Source: an uncultured Bacteroidales bacterium (lineage in GTDB: Bacteria > Bacteroidota > Bacteroidia > Bacteroidales > UBA7960). From it: 64,000 nt of DNA. The notes beneath the pieces are model-generated. The model worked only from the letters and a program-made list of their open reading frames with translations. It did no database searches and was not told the origin of the DNA. The stretch is from the NCBI GenBank assembly GCA_964349365.1, contig CAYGFY010000005.1:22561-86560 (forward strand), in the 5' to 3' direction. The translations under genes were made by a program, and so were the position numbers. Shown in pieces: positions 39,283 through 47,324 of this stretch (position 1 is the first letter of the stretch; every line of letters starts with the position of its first letter).

Positions 39283-40758
39283 CTAATATGCTCTTGCAAA
39301 AACAACTCTTTGGGTGGAAGGCTTGCCTGAAAAAATGCAGTTTCCTTCTTCCTTGTCGTTATTAAGCGGTATGCACCTGATGGTTGCCTTGGTTGCATCC
39401 TTGATCTTTTGCTCGGTTTCGGCTGTGCCATCCCAATGCGCAAGGACGAACCCCCCTTGATCGTCAAGTATTTCAACAAACTCCTCCAAACTGTTGGCAA
39501 CCCTGGTGTTTTCCTCCCTGAATTTTAACGCTTTTTGAAACAGGTTATTTTGTATTTGGTCGAGCAACGAAACCACGTGGTCGCCAATATTGGCAAATGG
39601 GCAGAGCTCCTTTTGAAGGGTGTCGCGCCTTGCTATTTCCAAGGTGTTGTTTTCAACATCACGAGGGCCAATTGCTATGCGTACGGGCACACCCTTGAAC
39701 TCGAATTCAGAAAACTTCCAGCCGGGTTTGTAAGTGTCCCTGTCGTCAAATTTTACCGAAATTCCTTTTTCGGCGAGTTTTTTTCTTGCCAAATCACATC
39801 TCTCGAATACAAGGGCCTTTTCGTCATCGTTGCGGTAAATGGGCACTATTGCAACTTGTATCGGGGCAAGTTTAGGCGGCAATACTAGGCCGTGGTCGTC
39901 GGAGTGGGCCATTATTAGTGCCCCCACAAGCCTTGTTGATACGCCCCATGATGTTGCCCAAACGTGTTCAAGCTTTCCTTCGCTACTGGTGAACTTTACA
40001 TCAAAAGCCTTGGCAAAATTTTGCCCCAAAAAGTGAGATGTTCCTGCTTGCAATGCCTTTCCATCTTGCATCAAGGCTTCAATACAATACGTTTCAACCG
40101 CACCGGCAAAACGTTCGTTGGCCGATTTGGTGCCTTTCAAAACAGGTATTGCCATAAAGTTTTCGGCAAAATCTGCATAAACCTCCAGCATTCTTTCGGT
40201 TTCTTCAATGGCTTCTTGTTCGGTGGCATGGGCGGTGTGCCCCTCTTGCCAGAGGAACTCCGAAGTGCGCAAAAACATTCTGGTGCGCATTTCCCATCTC
40301 ACCACGTTGGCCCATTGGTTTATGAGTATGGGTAAATCGCGGTATGACTGAATCCATTTTCTGTACGTGTCCCAAATAATGGTTTCGGATGTTGGCCTGA
40401 TAATCAACTCCTCCTCGAGCTTGGCAGTTTCATCAACCACAACACCCTTGCCGTTGGGGTCGTTCTTTAGCCTGTAGTGTGTAACCACGGCACACTCTTT
40501 GGCAAATCCTTCAACGTGGTCGGCCTCCTTGCTCAAGAATGATTTCGGAATGAATAACGGGAAGTAGGCATTTGAGTGCCCGGTGTCCTTAAACATCTTG
40601 TCAAGTGCAGCTTGAATCTTTTCCCATATGGCATACCCGTAAGGCTTAATGACCATACAACCCCTAACTGCCGAATTCTCGGCCAAACCAGCCCTTTGAA
40701 CTATGTCGTTGTACCATTTTGAATAATTTTCCTCGCGCGTCGAAAAATCTTTTGCCAT
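39283..40758 (-). CDS. proS: proline--tRNA ligase (archaeal/eukaryotic-like type, usual in Bacteroidota)
   Basis: 491 aa with no bacterial-type insertion domain. [12 protein letters not shown] and FRPTSETI-like class II motifs, and a C-terminal ...QRVVFARAY. Confidence 0.9.
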   Translation of the reverse strand: MAKDFSTREENYSKWYNDIVQRAGLAENSAVRGCMVIKPYGYAIWEKIQAALDKMFKDTGHSNAYFPLFIPKSFLSKEADHVEGFAKECAVVTHYRLKNDPNGKGVVVDETAKLEEELIIRPTSETIIWDTYRKWIQSYRDLPILINQWANVVRWEMRTRMFLRTSEFLWQEGHTAHATEQEAIEETERMLEVYADFAENFMAIPVLKGTKSANERFAGAVETYCIEALMQDGKALQAGTSHFLGQNFAKAFDVKFTSSEGKLEHVWATSWGVSTRLVGALIMAHSDDHGLVLPPKLAPIQVAIVPIYRNDDEKALVFERCDLARKKLAEKGISVKFDDRDTYKPGWKFSEFEFKGVPVRIAIGPRDVENNTLEIARRDTLQKELCPFANIGDHVVSLLDQIQNNLFQKALKFREENTRVANSLEEFVEILDDQGGFVLAHWDGTAETEQKIKDATKATIRCIPLNNDKEEGNCIFSGKPSTQRVVFARAY

Positions 40759-40883
40759 AACCCTGTTTTTGGTATAGAATTTGCAATCAAAATACTGAAA
40801 ATCGGCGCAAAATTACTAAAATTATGCCACTTAAGAATTTTTACTAACTTTGTTTGATAAACAAAAACCATGGAGGATTTGTC

Positions 40884-42470
40884 ATGAAAACCATTTTTAA
40901 ACTGACTTTTGTGGTACTCCTGGCTCTGGCAGGATGTTCTACATCGTATTACTCCACCCGAACCATTGATGATGTGTACTACACACCCAGACAAACAAGG
41001 GTAACCACGGTAGTTACAGAAACCAAAACAATCCAATATGCTGAACCAGCAACCCAATTGGTTTATGCAGAGGAAACCGAAGATTATTATTACAACGATG
41101 AAGATTCGGCAACCTACTACGATGATGGTGAACTAGAATACGTTAACCAACCCGTTACTAAGAATTTTTACGATTATTCATACTCCGCACGTATCCGAAG
41201 GTTTCACCGCCCGAACAACAATTGGTCGTATTACGATCCTTGGTACACGAATATGTACTGGTATTCACACAATCCTCACTACTATGGTGTTAGCATTTAT
41301 ATGGGTTACGGCTCACTGGGCTATCACTATCCCGGATTTTCGGTTTTTCATCCAACCTTTTCGTGGCACAACTGGCACACCCCGTTTTTCTACAGCTATC
41401 ACAGGCCTTGGCACTCGTGGGGCAGTTGGAGCCGTTGGAACTCTTGGTTTAGATGGAACCACTGGGCTGGACATCATCATTGGGGACATTGGAGCCACAA
41501 TTTTTGGAGCGGATATCACCTAGGTTTTAACCAAGGGTTTCACGCTGGTTTGCACCATGGTTGGTGGTCCCCCTACACCTTTCAATACAACTATAACAGT
41601 TTTGACCGTAGCAACTATTTTTATGGCCACAGGGATGCCACAGGAGGTAGGATTAATTTAGGCAGGGATGGATCCGGAAAGGGCTTGTTTGCTTCAGAAT
41701 TTGAGCGGGCAAGGATTGAAAGGCCATCTGAATTTCGCCACAACAGGGAAGGAAGGACGGAACGTGGAGGTCGCGATTCCAATTCGCGCGATGAAAGAAC
41801 AGGCACTTCTACCCGCGCCGAACGTCCGGAAGCGGCCCGTGAGACCCGTCCCGAAACTCGCCCCGAGCGTCAGGAATCAACCCGTGATGACAGAACCGGT
41901 ACCTCGACTCGCACCGAGCGCCCCGAAGCTCGCCCGGTTGCCCGCCCCGAGCGTCAGGAATCAACCCGTGATGATAGAACCGGTACCTCGAACCGCCCCG
42001 AGGCTGCCCGCGAGGCGCGGCCCGCAACCAGGCCCCAAGCCCCTGAAGCACCCCGCCCCGAGCGCCCCAGCGTAGAAAGAGAGGATAATAACATTCAACA
42101 ACAAAGAATTGAAAGGCCACTTAACACACCTGCACGAACCAGTGAACCTCCTCAAAGAGAGAGGCCAAGGACTTACACGCCACCACAACAGCAACAGCCC
42201 TCGAGCAACAGAGAGTATAGCAGGCCGCAAACCGAAAGGCAGCCTACAGCAAGCCCTCCCAGCCAAGCAGCCCCTTCAAGAACCGAAAAAAGACAAAGTG
42301 AACCTCCTAGATCGGCAGCACCTAATTACACACCCAGTAGCACCCCGCAGAGGTCATCACCCAGTTATACCCCGAGCAGCAGCCCCTCCAGAGAGTCTTC
42401 AACCCCGTCAAGGTCAAGCGGTAGTTCTTCCTCGTCGAGCGAAAGGGGAGGAAGCGGAAGGAGGGAATAG
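40884..42470 (+). CDS. low-complexity lipoprotein: Tyr/Asp-rich, then Trp/His-rich block, then Arg/Glu/Pro/Thr-rich repeats, then Ser/Pro-rich tail
   Basis: Lipobox LLALAGCS after ATG 40884. One uninterrupted frame runs to 42470 and is followed by a strong terminator. Other frames are also open here because of compositional bias. Confidence 0.7.
   Translation: MKTIFKLTFVVLLALAGCSTSYYSTRTIDDVYYTPRQTRVTTVVTETKTIQYAEPATQLVYAEETEDYYYNDEDSATYYDDGELEYVNQPVTKNFYDYSYSARIRRFHRPNNNWSYYDPWYTNMYWYSHNPHYYGVSIYMGYGSLGYHYPGFSVFHPTFSWHNWHTPFFYSYHRPWHSWGSWSRWNSWFRWNHWAGHHHWGHWSHNFWSGYHLGFNQGFHAGLHHGWWSPYTFQYNYNSFDRSNYFYGHRDATGGRINLGRDGSGKGLFASEFERARIERPSEFRHNREGRTERGGRDSNSRDERTGTSTRAERPEAARETRPETRPERQESTRDDRTGTSTRTERPEARPVARPERQESTRDDRTGTSNRPEAAREARPATRPQAPEAPRPERPSVEREDNNIQQQRIERPLNTPARTSEPPQRERPRTYTPPQQQQPSSNREYSRPQTERQPTASPPSQAAPSRTEKRQSEPPRSAAPNYTPSSTPQRSSPSYTPSSSPSRESSTPSRSSGSSSSSSERGGSGRRE
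41788..42030 (+). repeat. in-frame tandem repeats (84-nt / 28-aa period) inside the low-complexity gene
   Basis: ccccgagcgtcaggaatcaacccgtgatga[c/t]agaaccggtacctcga occurs at 41861 and again at 41945. Protein units are RPERQESTRDDRTGTS(T/N)R..., preceded by a degenerate unit RDERTGTSTRAERPEAARETRPET. Confidence 0.8.
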
Positions 42471-42499
42471 TATTCTTTATTCTGCTCGCCTAACACAAT

Positions 42500-42532
42500 A
42501 CCTCCCAATGTTGTTTTTCGGGAGGTTTTTTT
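42500..42532 (+). terminator. rho-independent terminator
   Basis: aCCTCCCaatgttgtttttcGGGAGGttttttt. Confidence 0.75.
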
Positions 42533-42626
42533 AAACCAAAACTCATCAAATTTGAGTATTTCAAAGCAACATTACAGGCAAAGGATAAAATCAGTATTGC
42601 TTCAAACAAACTAAAATATTGGCACG

Positions 42627-44084
42627 ATGAAAAAGATAATTTTGGCACTTGCGGGTTTCGTCATGTTTACCATGCTTGGCATGGCTCAAAACGAGGCCGA
42701 TGCTTTAAGGTACTCACACCTCTTGCATGGTGGAACCGCACGCTTTATTGGCCTAGGAGGTGCATTTGGCGCCCTTGGCGGGGATTTTTCAACCATTTCG
42801 GCCAACCCCGCTGGACTTGGAATATATAGGAGGCAGTTGGAAGTTTCAATTACACCTGCATTTGAAATGCAAAACGTTGAAGCCAACTTTTATGGCACGA
42901 GCGTTGATGACTCTAAAAACAAACTCAGGATTGGTAGCTTGGGGCTTGTATATAGCGCTCCGGTGGCCAACCGCGACTGGAGGAGTTTTACTTTTGGCGT
43001 GGGAATTAACCAGTTGGCCAGTTTTGACAGACGTCAAACAATTCAAGGCTCCAATAGCCGAAGTTCGCTCATGACTGACTTCTTGCACCGGGCCAACCAA
43101 CAGGGTAATGTTGCAAATCTAAGCGATTTTAACACGGGTCTTGCCTATGATACATGGTTGCTTGGCCGAAATGCCGGTGGTTTCTTCATAGATCTTGACA
43201 ACTTCTTTTTTGCTAACGGAGGTTCGGTGTTTCAAAGGCAAAGGATAATTAGCTCGGGATACCTTAATGAATTTGCAATGGCCGTAGCCGGTAATTACAG
43301 AGACAGGTTGTTTATTGGAGCTACCGTTGGGATTCCAATAATCAGTTACAACGAATCGTCAACTTTTTTCGAAAAGTACGAAAAGGGACCCGATGATATC
43401 TTCAATTCACTAACCTACACCAACTCGCTTGACGCAAGAGGAACTGGAATAAACCTCAAGTTAGGTGCAATTTATCGAGTTTCGGACATGATTAGGCTTG
43501 GTGCCTCGTTACATACCCCCACTTTGTTTAGCATTGAGGAAACCTACAACGCAAGCATGAGGTCGGACCTGAATATCAACGACCCTAGTTATAAAAAGTT
43601 TGCCGAGCCAGACAAACCGGGTCGGTTTAACTACGAACTTACCACTCCCTTAAAGGCCTCCGCTAGTTTGGGATTAGTGTTTGGCAGTTATGGGTTGTTG
43701 AGCTTTGATTATGAGTTTGTAAATTTTTCAGGCACGAAACTAAGATCCGACAACTACAGTTTTTCGATTGAAAACAATATTATAAGCCAAACTTTTACCA
43801 AACAGCATAATTTACGTGTTGGTGGCGAAGTCAATCTTTTCCCACTTGTTTTGCGCGGAGGCGTGGCCTACTACTCCAGTCCTCTGAACAACGGGCAGAT
43901 TTCTGACCAAATGGTCTTATCGGGCGGGCTTGGGTTTAGGTCCGAAAATTATTTCATTGACTTTGCCTTCAGTAGAAGTGTTTTTGATCAAAATTTTTTC
44001 ATTTACGATTCAAAATTCGTAAATTCTGCCAAGTTGGATAACACAAGCGGAAGAATTGTTTTGACCGTTGGCTACAGACTTTAA
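42627..44084 (+). CDS. outer-membrane beta-barrel protein, FadL/TodX-like
   Basis: Signal peptide, then GTARFIGLGGAFGALGGDFSTISANPAGLG, which resembles the N-terminal hatch region of FadL-like transporters. Beta-strand periodicity runs throughout. The family call is tentative. Confidence 0.6.
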   Translation: MKKIILALAGFVMFTMLGMAQNEADALRYSHLLHGGTARFIGLGGAFGALGGDFSTISANPAGLGIYRRQLEVSITPAFEMQNVEANFYGTSVDDSKNKLRIGSLGLVYSAPVANRDWRSFTFGVGINQLASFDRRQTIQGSNSRSSLMTDFLHRANQQGNVANLSDFNTGLAYDTWLLGRNAGGFFIDLDNFFFANGGSVFQRQRIISSGYLNEFAMAVAGNYRDRLFIGATVGIPIISYNESSTFFEKYEKGPDDIFNSLTYTNSLDARGTGINLKLGAIYRVSDMIRLGASLHTPTLFSIEETYNASMRSDLNINDPSYKKFAEPDKPGRFNYELTTPLKASASLGLVFGSYGLLSFDYEFVNFSGTKLRSDNYSFSIENNIISQTFTKQHNLRVGGEVNLFPLVLRGGVAYYSSPLNNGQISDQMVLSGGLGFRSENYFIDFAFSRSVFDQNFFIYDSKFVNSAKLDNTSGRIVLTVGYRL

Positions 44085-44186
44085 TTATGGGAATTTGTTG
44101 CAGCACCAATCTTTTTATAGTTGCACGTTTGTTTTATTGGGTAACTTCGCAGCAAAAAGCATCGCTCCACAATTCGCTAAAGGTAA

Positions 44187-45215
44187 ATGAGCCATAATGG
44201 GGTTGCAATAGTTATACTTAACTGGAACGGCAGGAGTTTCTTGCAGAAGTTCTTGCCGTTGGTTATTTTACACTCTCCAAAATGGGTGAGCATCGTGGTG
44301 GCCGACAACGGCTCCACCGACGATTCAGTAGGTTTATTAAAGAGCCAGTACCCGAAAGTTAGAATCATTGAACTCGAAAAAAACCAAGGCTACTCCGGAG
44401 GTTACAACATGGCCCTGCAACAGGTTGAGGCCGAATACTATGTTTTGCTCAATTCTGACCTGGAGCTCACCCAAAATTGGCTTGAACCACTTATTGATTA
44501 CCTGGAAAACAACAAACAAACTGCTGCGGTACAACCTAAAATACTGTCGTGGCACGAAAGAGAATATTTCGAGTATGCCGGGGCATCAGGTGGATTTATT
44601 GATCTTTTTGGATTTCCATTTTGCAGGGGACGAATTTTAAATATTCTGGAAAAAGATAATGGCCAATACGACGATTCCTCTGAGGTGCTATGGGCCACGG
44701 GTGCCTGTCTGGTTGTTCGGTCAGAAGCATTTTGGCAGGGAAATGGGTTTGACGAGAGATTTTTTGCCCACTTCGAAGAAATTGACCTTTGCTGGAGGTT
44801 GAAAAATATGGGGTACAGTGTCGTGGCAGTGCCTCAATCGGTGGTTTACCACGTTGGAGGAGGTACACTTCCGAATATTAACCCCTTAAAAACATTCCTA
44901 AACTTTCGAAACAGCCTGTGGTGCATCACCAAGAACCTCCCAGGCAGATTTTATTATCCCTTGCTGCCAATTCGACTTTCGATGGATGTTGTCGCTGCCT
45001 TTGTGTTCCTTTTTAAAGGGCAGACACGAGACTTCTTGGCCGTTTTCAAAGCCCATTTCGCCTTTTTTGCCAACTTCATGAAATTGCGGAGGGAAAGCCA
45101 AGGTAGGCCGAGCAAACTTACCAAGGGCATACTTCGCGGAAGTATAGTTTTTTGCAGGTTTTTTGGAGGCAAAAAAGTGTTTTCCAAACTTAACATACAA
45201 AAAATGGGGTTTTAA
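44187..45215 (+). CDS. family 2 glycosyltransferase
   Basis: VAIVILNWNG, VVADNGSTDDS, NQGYSGGYN, LLNSDLE and WATGACLVV, which follow the GT2 (rhamnosyltransferase-like) pattern. Confidence 0.85.
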   Translation: MSHNGVAIVILNWNGRSFLQKFLPLVILHSPKWVSIVVADNGSTDDSVGLLKSQYPKVRIIELEKNQGYSGGYNMALQQVEAEYYVLLNSDLELTQNWLEPLIDYLENNKQTAAVQPKILSWHEREYFEYAGASGGFIDLFGFPFCRGRILNILEKDNGQYDDSSEVLWATGACLVVRSEAFWQGNGFDERFFAHFEEIDLCWRLKNMGYSVVAVPQSVVYHVGGGTLPNINPLKTFLNFRNSLWCITKNLPGRFYYPLLPIRLSMDVVAAFVFLFKGQTRDFLAVFKAHFAFFANFMKLRRESQGRPSKLTKGILRGSIVFCRFFGGKKVFSKLNIQKMGF

Positions 45216-45557
45216 TTTTTGTTAAAGTCATTGGGGGGGGTCAATAACAACCATATTTGGCCAACAACCCAGACCTAAACGAGCAAAATGTTGATCTAAA
45301 TCCGATCCCGTTTACACCCCACTAGGTAATTGGCAAAACAAGAAACCTAAAGGCACAATAAATGTAAATCATTGCTTGTTTCATGTAAATCGTTAACTCG
45401 GTACTTGATTTGCCTGACTTCTCGCCTACTTCACCATGTAGGTTCTCAACCTTCTGAAATACAAAACAATAATTTGCCGTAAAAGCCTCCAAGGGCAATT
45501 TTATTAGTTAGAATGATTTTAAATTAGGAGCAACTGTTTAAAAATGGAGCAAAACTG

Positions 45558-45588
45558 TTTGTCAAGTAAAAATATATGAATATTTTTG
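45558..45588 (+). promoter_or_regulatory. candidate Bacteroidota sigma-A promoter for the hyd operon (-33 TTTG / -7 TAnnTTTG)
   Basis: TTTG at 45558..45561 and TATTTTTG at 45581..45588, with a 19-nt spacer, about 50 nt upstream of ATG 45639. This is a motif match only. Confidence 0.35.
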
Positions 45589-45638
45589 GTGCCCTAAATT
45601 TCAACTATCCCCTTTTAATAAATCAAAACCAAAAAACT

Positions 45639-46103
45639 ATGGTAGAAACAAAAGACCTCGTTCGGGAAATTGCTGCCAAGTACGGCAACACCAAAGAAAG
45701 CCTGTTGCCTATCTTGCAGGAAATAGTAGCCCGAAACCGTTTTATCACCGACAACGACATTGTTGACATTGCCAACGTGCTCGATTTATCGGCTGCCGAA
45801 ATTTATGGGACAGCCTCTTTTTTCACCTTTCTGGACACGGAGAAGAGAGGCAGGTTAGTTATAAGGGTTTGCAGGTCAATTATAGCAGTGATGAAGGGCA
45901 AGCAGGAAATAGTTAGCGCAATTTCTGACATGCTTAAAATCAAAGTTGGCGAAACTACTCCCGATGGTATGTTTACACTTCTCGAAACCAACGACATTGG
46001 TTGGAGCGACCAAGAACCAAGCATGCTCATCAACGATGACGTTTATACCAATCTTACCCCCGAAAAGACCATGGAAATAATCAAGTCGTACATGCAAGGG
46101 TAG
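45639..46103 (+). CDS. hydC: NuoE/HydC-like thioredoxin-fold subunit lacking most [2Fe-2S] ligands
   Basis: NuoE-like N-terminal helices (ESLLPILQEIV...AEIYGTASFFTFL). The cluster-binding positions read VCRSIIAV and NDIGWSDQEP instead of C-x4-C and C-x3-C. Alternative upstream ATG at 45576. Confidence 0.7.
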   Translation: MVETKDLVREIAAKYGNTKESLLPILQEIVARNRFITDNDIVDIANVLDLSAAEIYGTASFFTFLDTEKRGRLVIRVCRSIIAVMKGKQEIVSAISDMLKIKVGETTPDGMFTLLETNDIGWSDQEPSMLINDDVYTNLTPEKTMEIIKSYMQG

Positions 46104-46139
46104 TTTTTTCCAGTTCAAATCCTGAAAAACAAAGATATT

Positions 46140-47306
46140 ATGAGCGAAAATAAAAAAATAAAAAAGGTTGACTACATCTTTGCCAAAGATACCCCGAGCA
46201 TGGACATTCTGGCATCGACCCTCAAAAGAGACAAAGATCAGTTTATTAACGAGTTGATAAGTTCAGGCTTGAGGGGTCGCGGGGGAGCTGGATTTCCAAC
46301 CGGATTGAAGTGGAAGTTCACCAAAGGTATTACCGGCTCCGAAAAGTACGTAATTTGCAATGCCGACGAAGGTGAGCCCGGCACTTTCAAGGATAGAGTG
46401 ATATTGCAAGAAGTACCTTGCAAGGTTATTGCCGGTATGGCATTGTGCGGGCACATGATTGGATCGAAGCAGGGATTCATTTACCTCAGGGGCGAATATA
46501 CGTGGATGAGGGCACACTTGCAGAATAAAATTGACGAGATGCACGAAGAGTTTAAGAAACTAAACCTTGACTTCACCGTGGAAATAAGGATGGGTAGCGG
46601 TGCCTACGTTTGTGGTGAGGAAACCGCCCTAATCGAGTCAATGGAGGGCAAGAGGGGCGAGCCAAGAAACAAACCGCCGTTTCCGGTGGTGTCTGGGTTT
46701 AGAAACAAACCAACTGTCGTAAACAACGTCGAAACCCTGGTTTATGCCTTGATCATTGCAAGTATTGGAGCCAAGCAGTTCAAGTCTTTGGGTACCGCAG
46801 ATTCTGCCGGGTCAAAACTGCTTTCCGTATCAGGCGATACCCACAAGCCTGGAGTTTACGAACTCGAGCTTGGAATGAAACTATCAGACTTCGTTGATGA
46901 ATTTGGCGATGGCGACACCAAGGCAGTTCAGGTTGGAGGGGCATCCGGGTTTTGTGTACCACGAAGGAAGTTTAAAGAAACAATCATTGGCTTCGAAGGT
47001 ATTCCCACGGGTGGCTCAATGATGCTGTTTAACAGTCATAGGTCAATGTACAACGTGCTGCACAATTATCTCGAGTTCTTCAACGAAGAAAGTTGCGGAC
47101 AATGCACCCCGTGCAGGGTTGGCTGCCAGCAGCTAATTCATGGAATAGAGGCAATAAAGAATAAGAAAAAGCCACCAAGGTATCTCAGCGATTTGGTAAG
47201 GCTCTCGGAAACCATGCGTATTTCGTCAAAATGCGGTTTGGGGCAATCAGTGGGCAACGGCTTCAAGTCTATCGTTGAGGAGTTTAAGGAAGAAATAATT
47301 TACTAA
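46140..47306 (+). CDS. hydB: NuoF-like flavoprotein subunit of [FeFe]-hydrogenase (FMN/NAD(P)H site plus one [4Fe-4S])
   Basis: GLRGRGGAGFPTGLKW, NADEGEPGTFKDR, YVCGEETALIESMEG and ESCGQCTPCR...SKCGLG. It is only 388 aa, with no extra ferredoxin-like or [2Fe-2S] domains. Confidence 0.85.
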   Translation: MSENKKIKKVDYIFAKDTPSMDILASTLKRDKDQFINELISSGLRGRGGAGFPTGLKWKFTKGITGSEKYVICNADEGEPGTFKDRVILQEVPCKVIAGMALCGHMIGSKQGFIYLRGEYTWMRAHLQNKIDEMHEEFKKLNLDFTVEIRMGSGAYVCGEETALIESMEGKRGEPRNKPPFPVVSGFRNKPTVVNNVETLVYALIIASIGAKQFKSLGTADSAGSKLLSVSGDTHKPGVYELELGMKLSDFVDEFGDGDTKAVQVGGASGFCVPRRKFKETIIGFEGIPTGGSMMLFNSHRSMYNVLHNYLEFFNEESCGQCTPCRVGCQQLIHGIEAIKNKKKPPRYLSDLVRLSETMRISSKCGLGQSVGNGFKSIVEEFKEEIIY

Positions 47307-47324
47307 ACCATAAACCACATTGAC

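Noticed and set aside
41668-42534. Alternative long ORFs (two plus-strand, two minus-strand) across the repeat region of the low-complexity gene
   Set aside because: They are open only because the GC-rich, stop-poor repeat composition keeps several frames open. Only the 40884..42470 frame connects to a lipoprotein signal peptide and ends just before a strong terminator.
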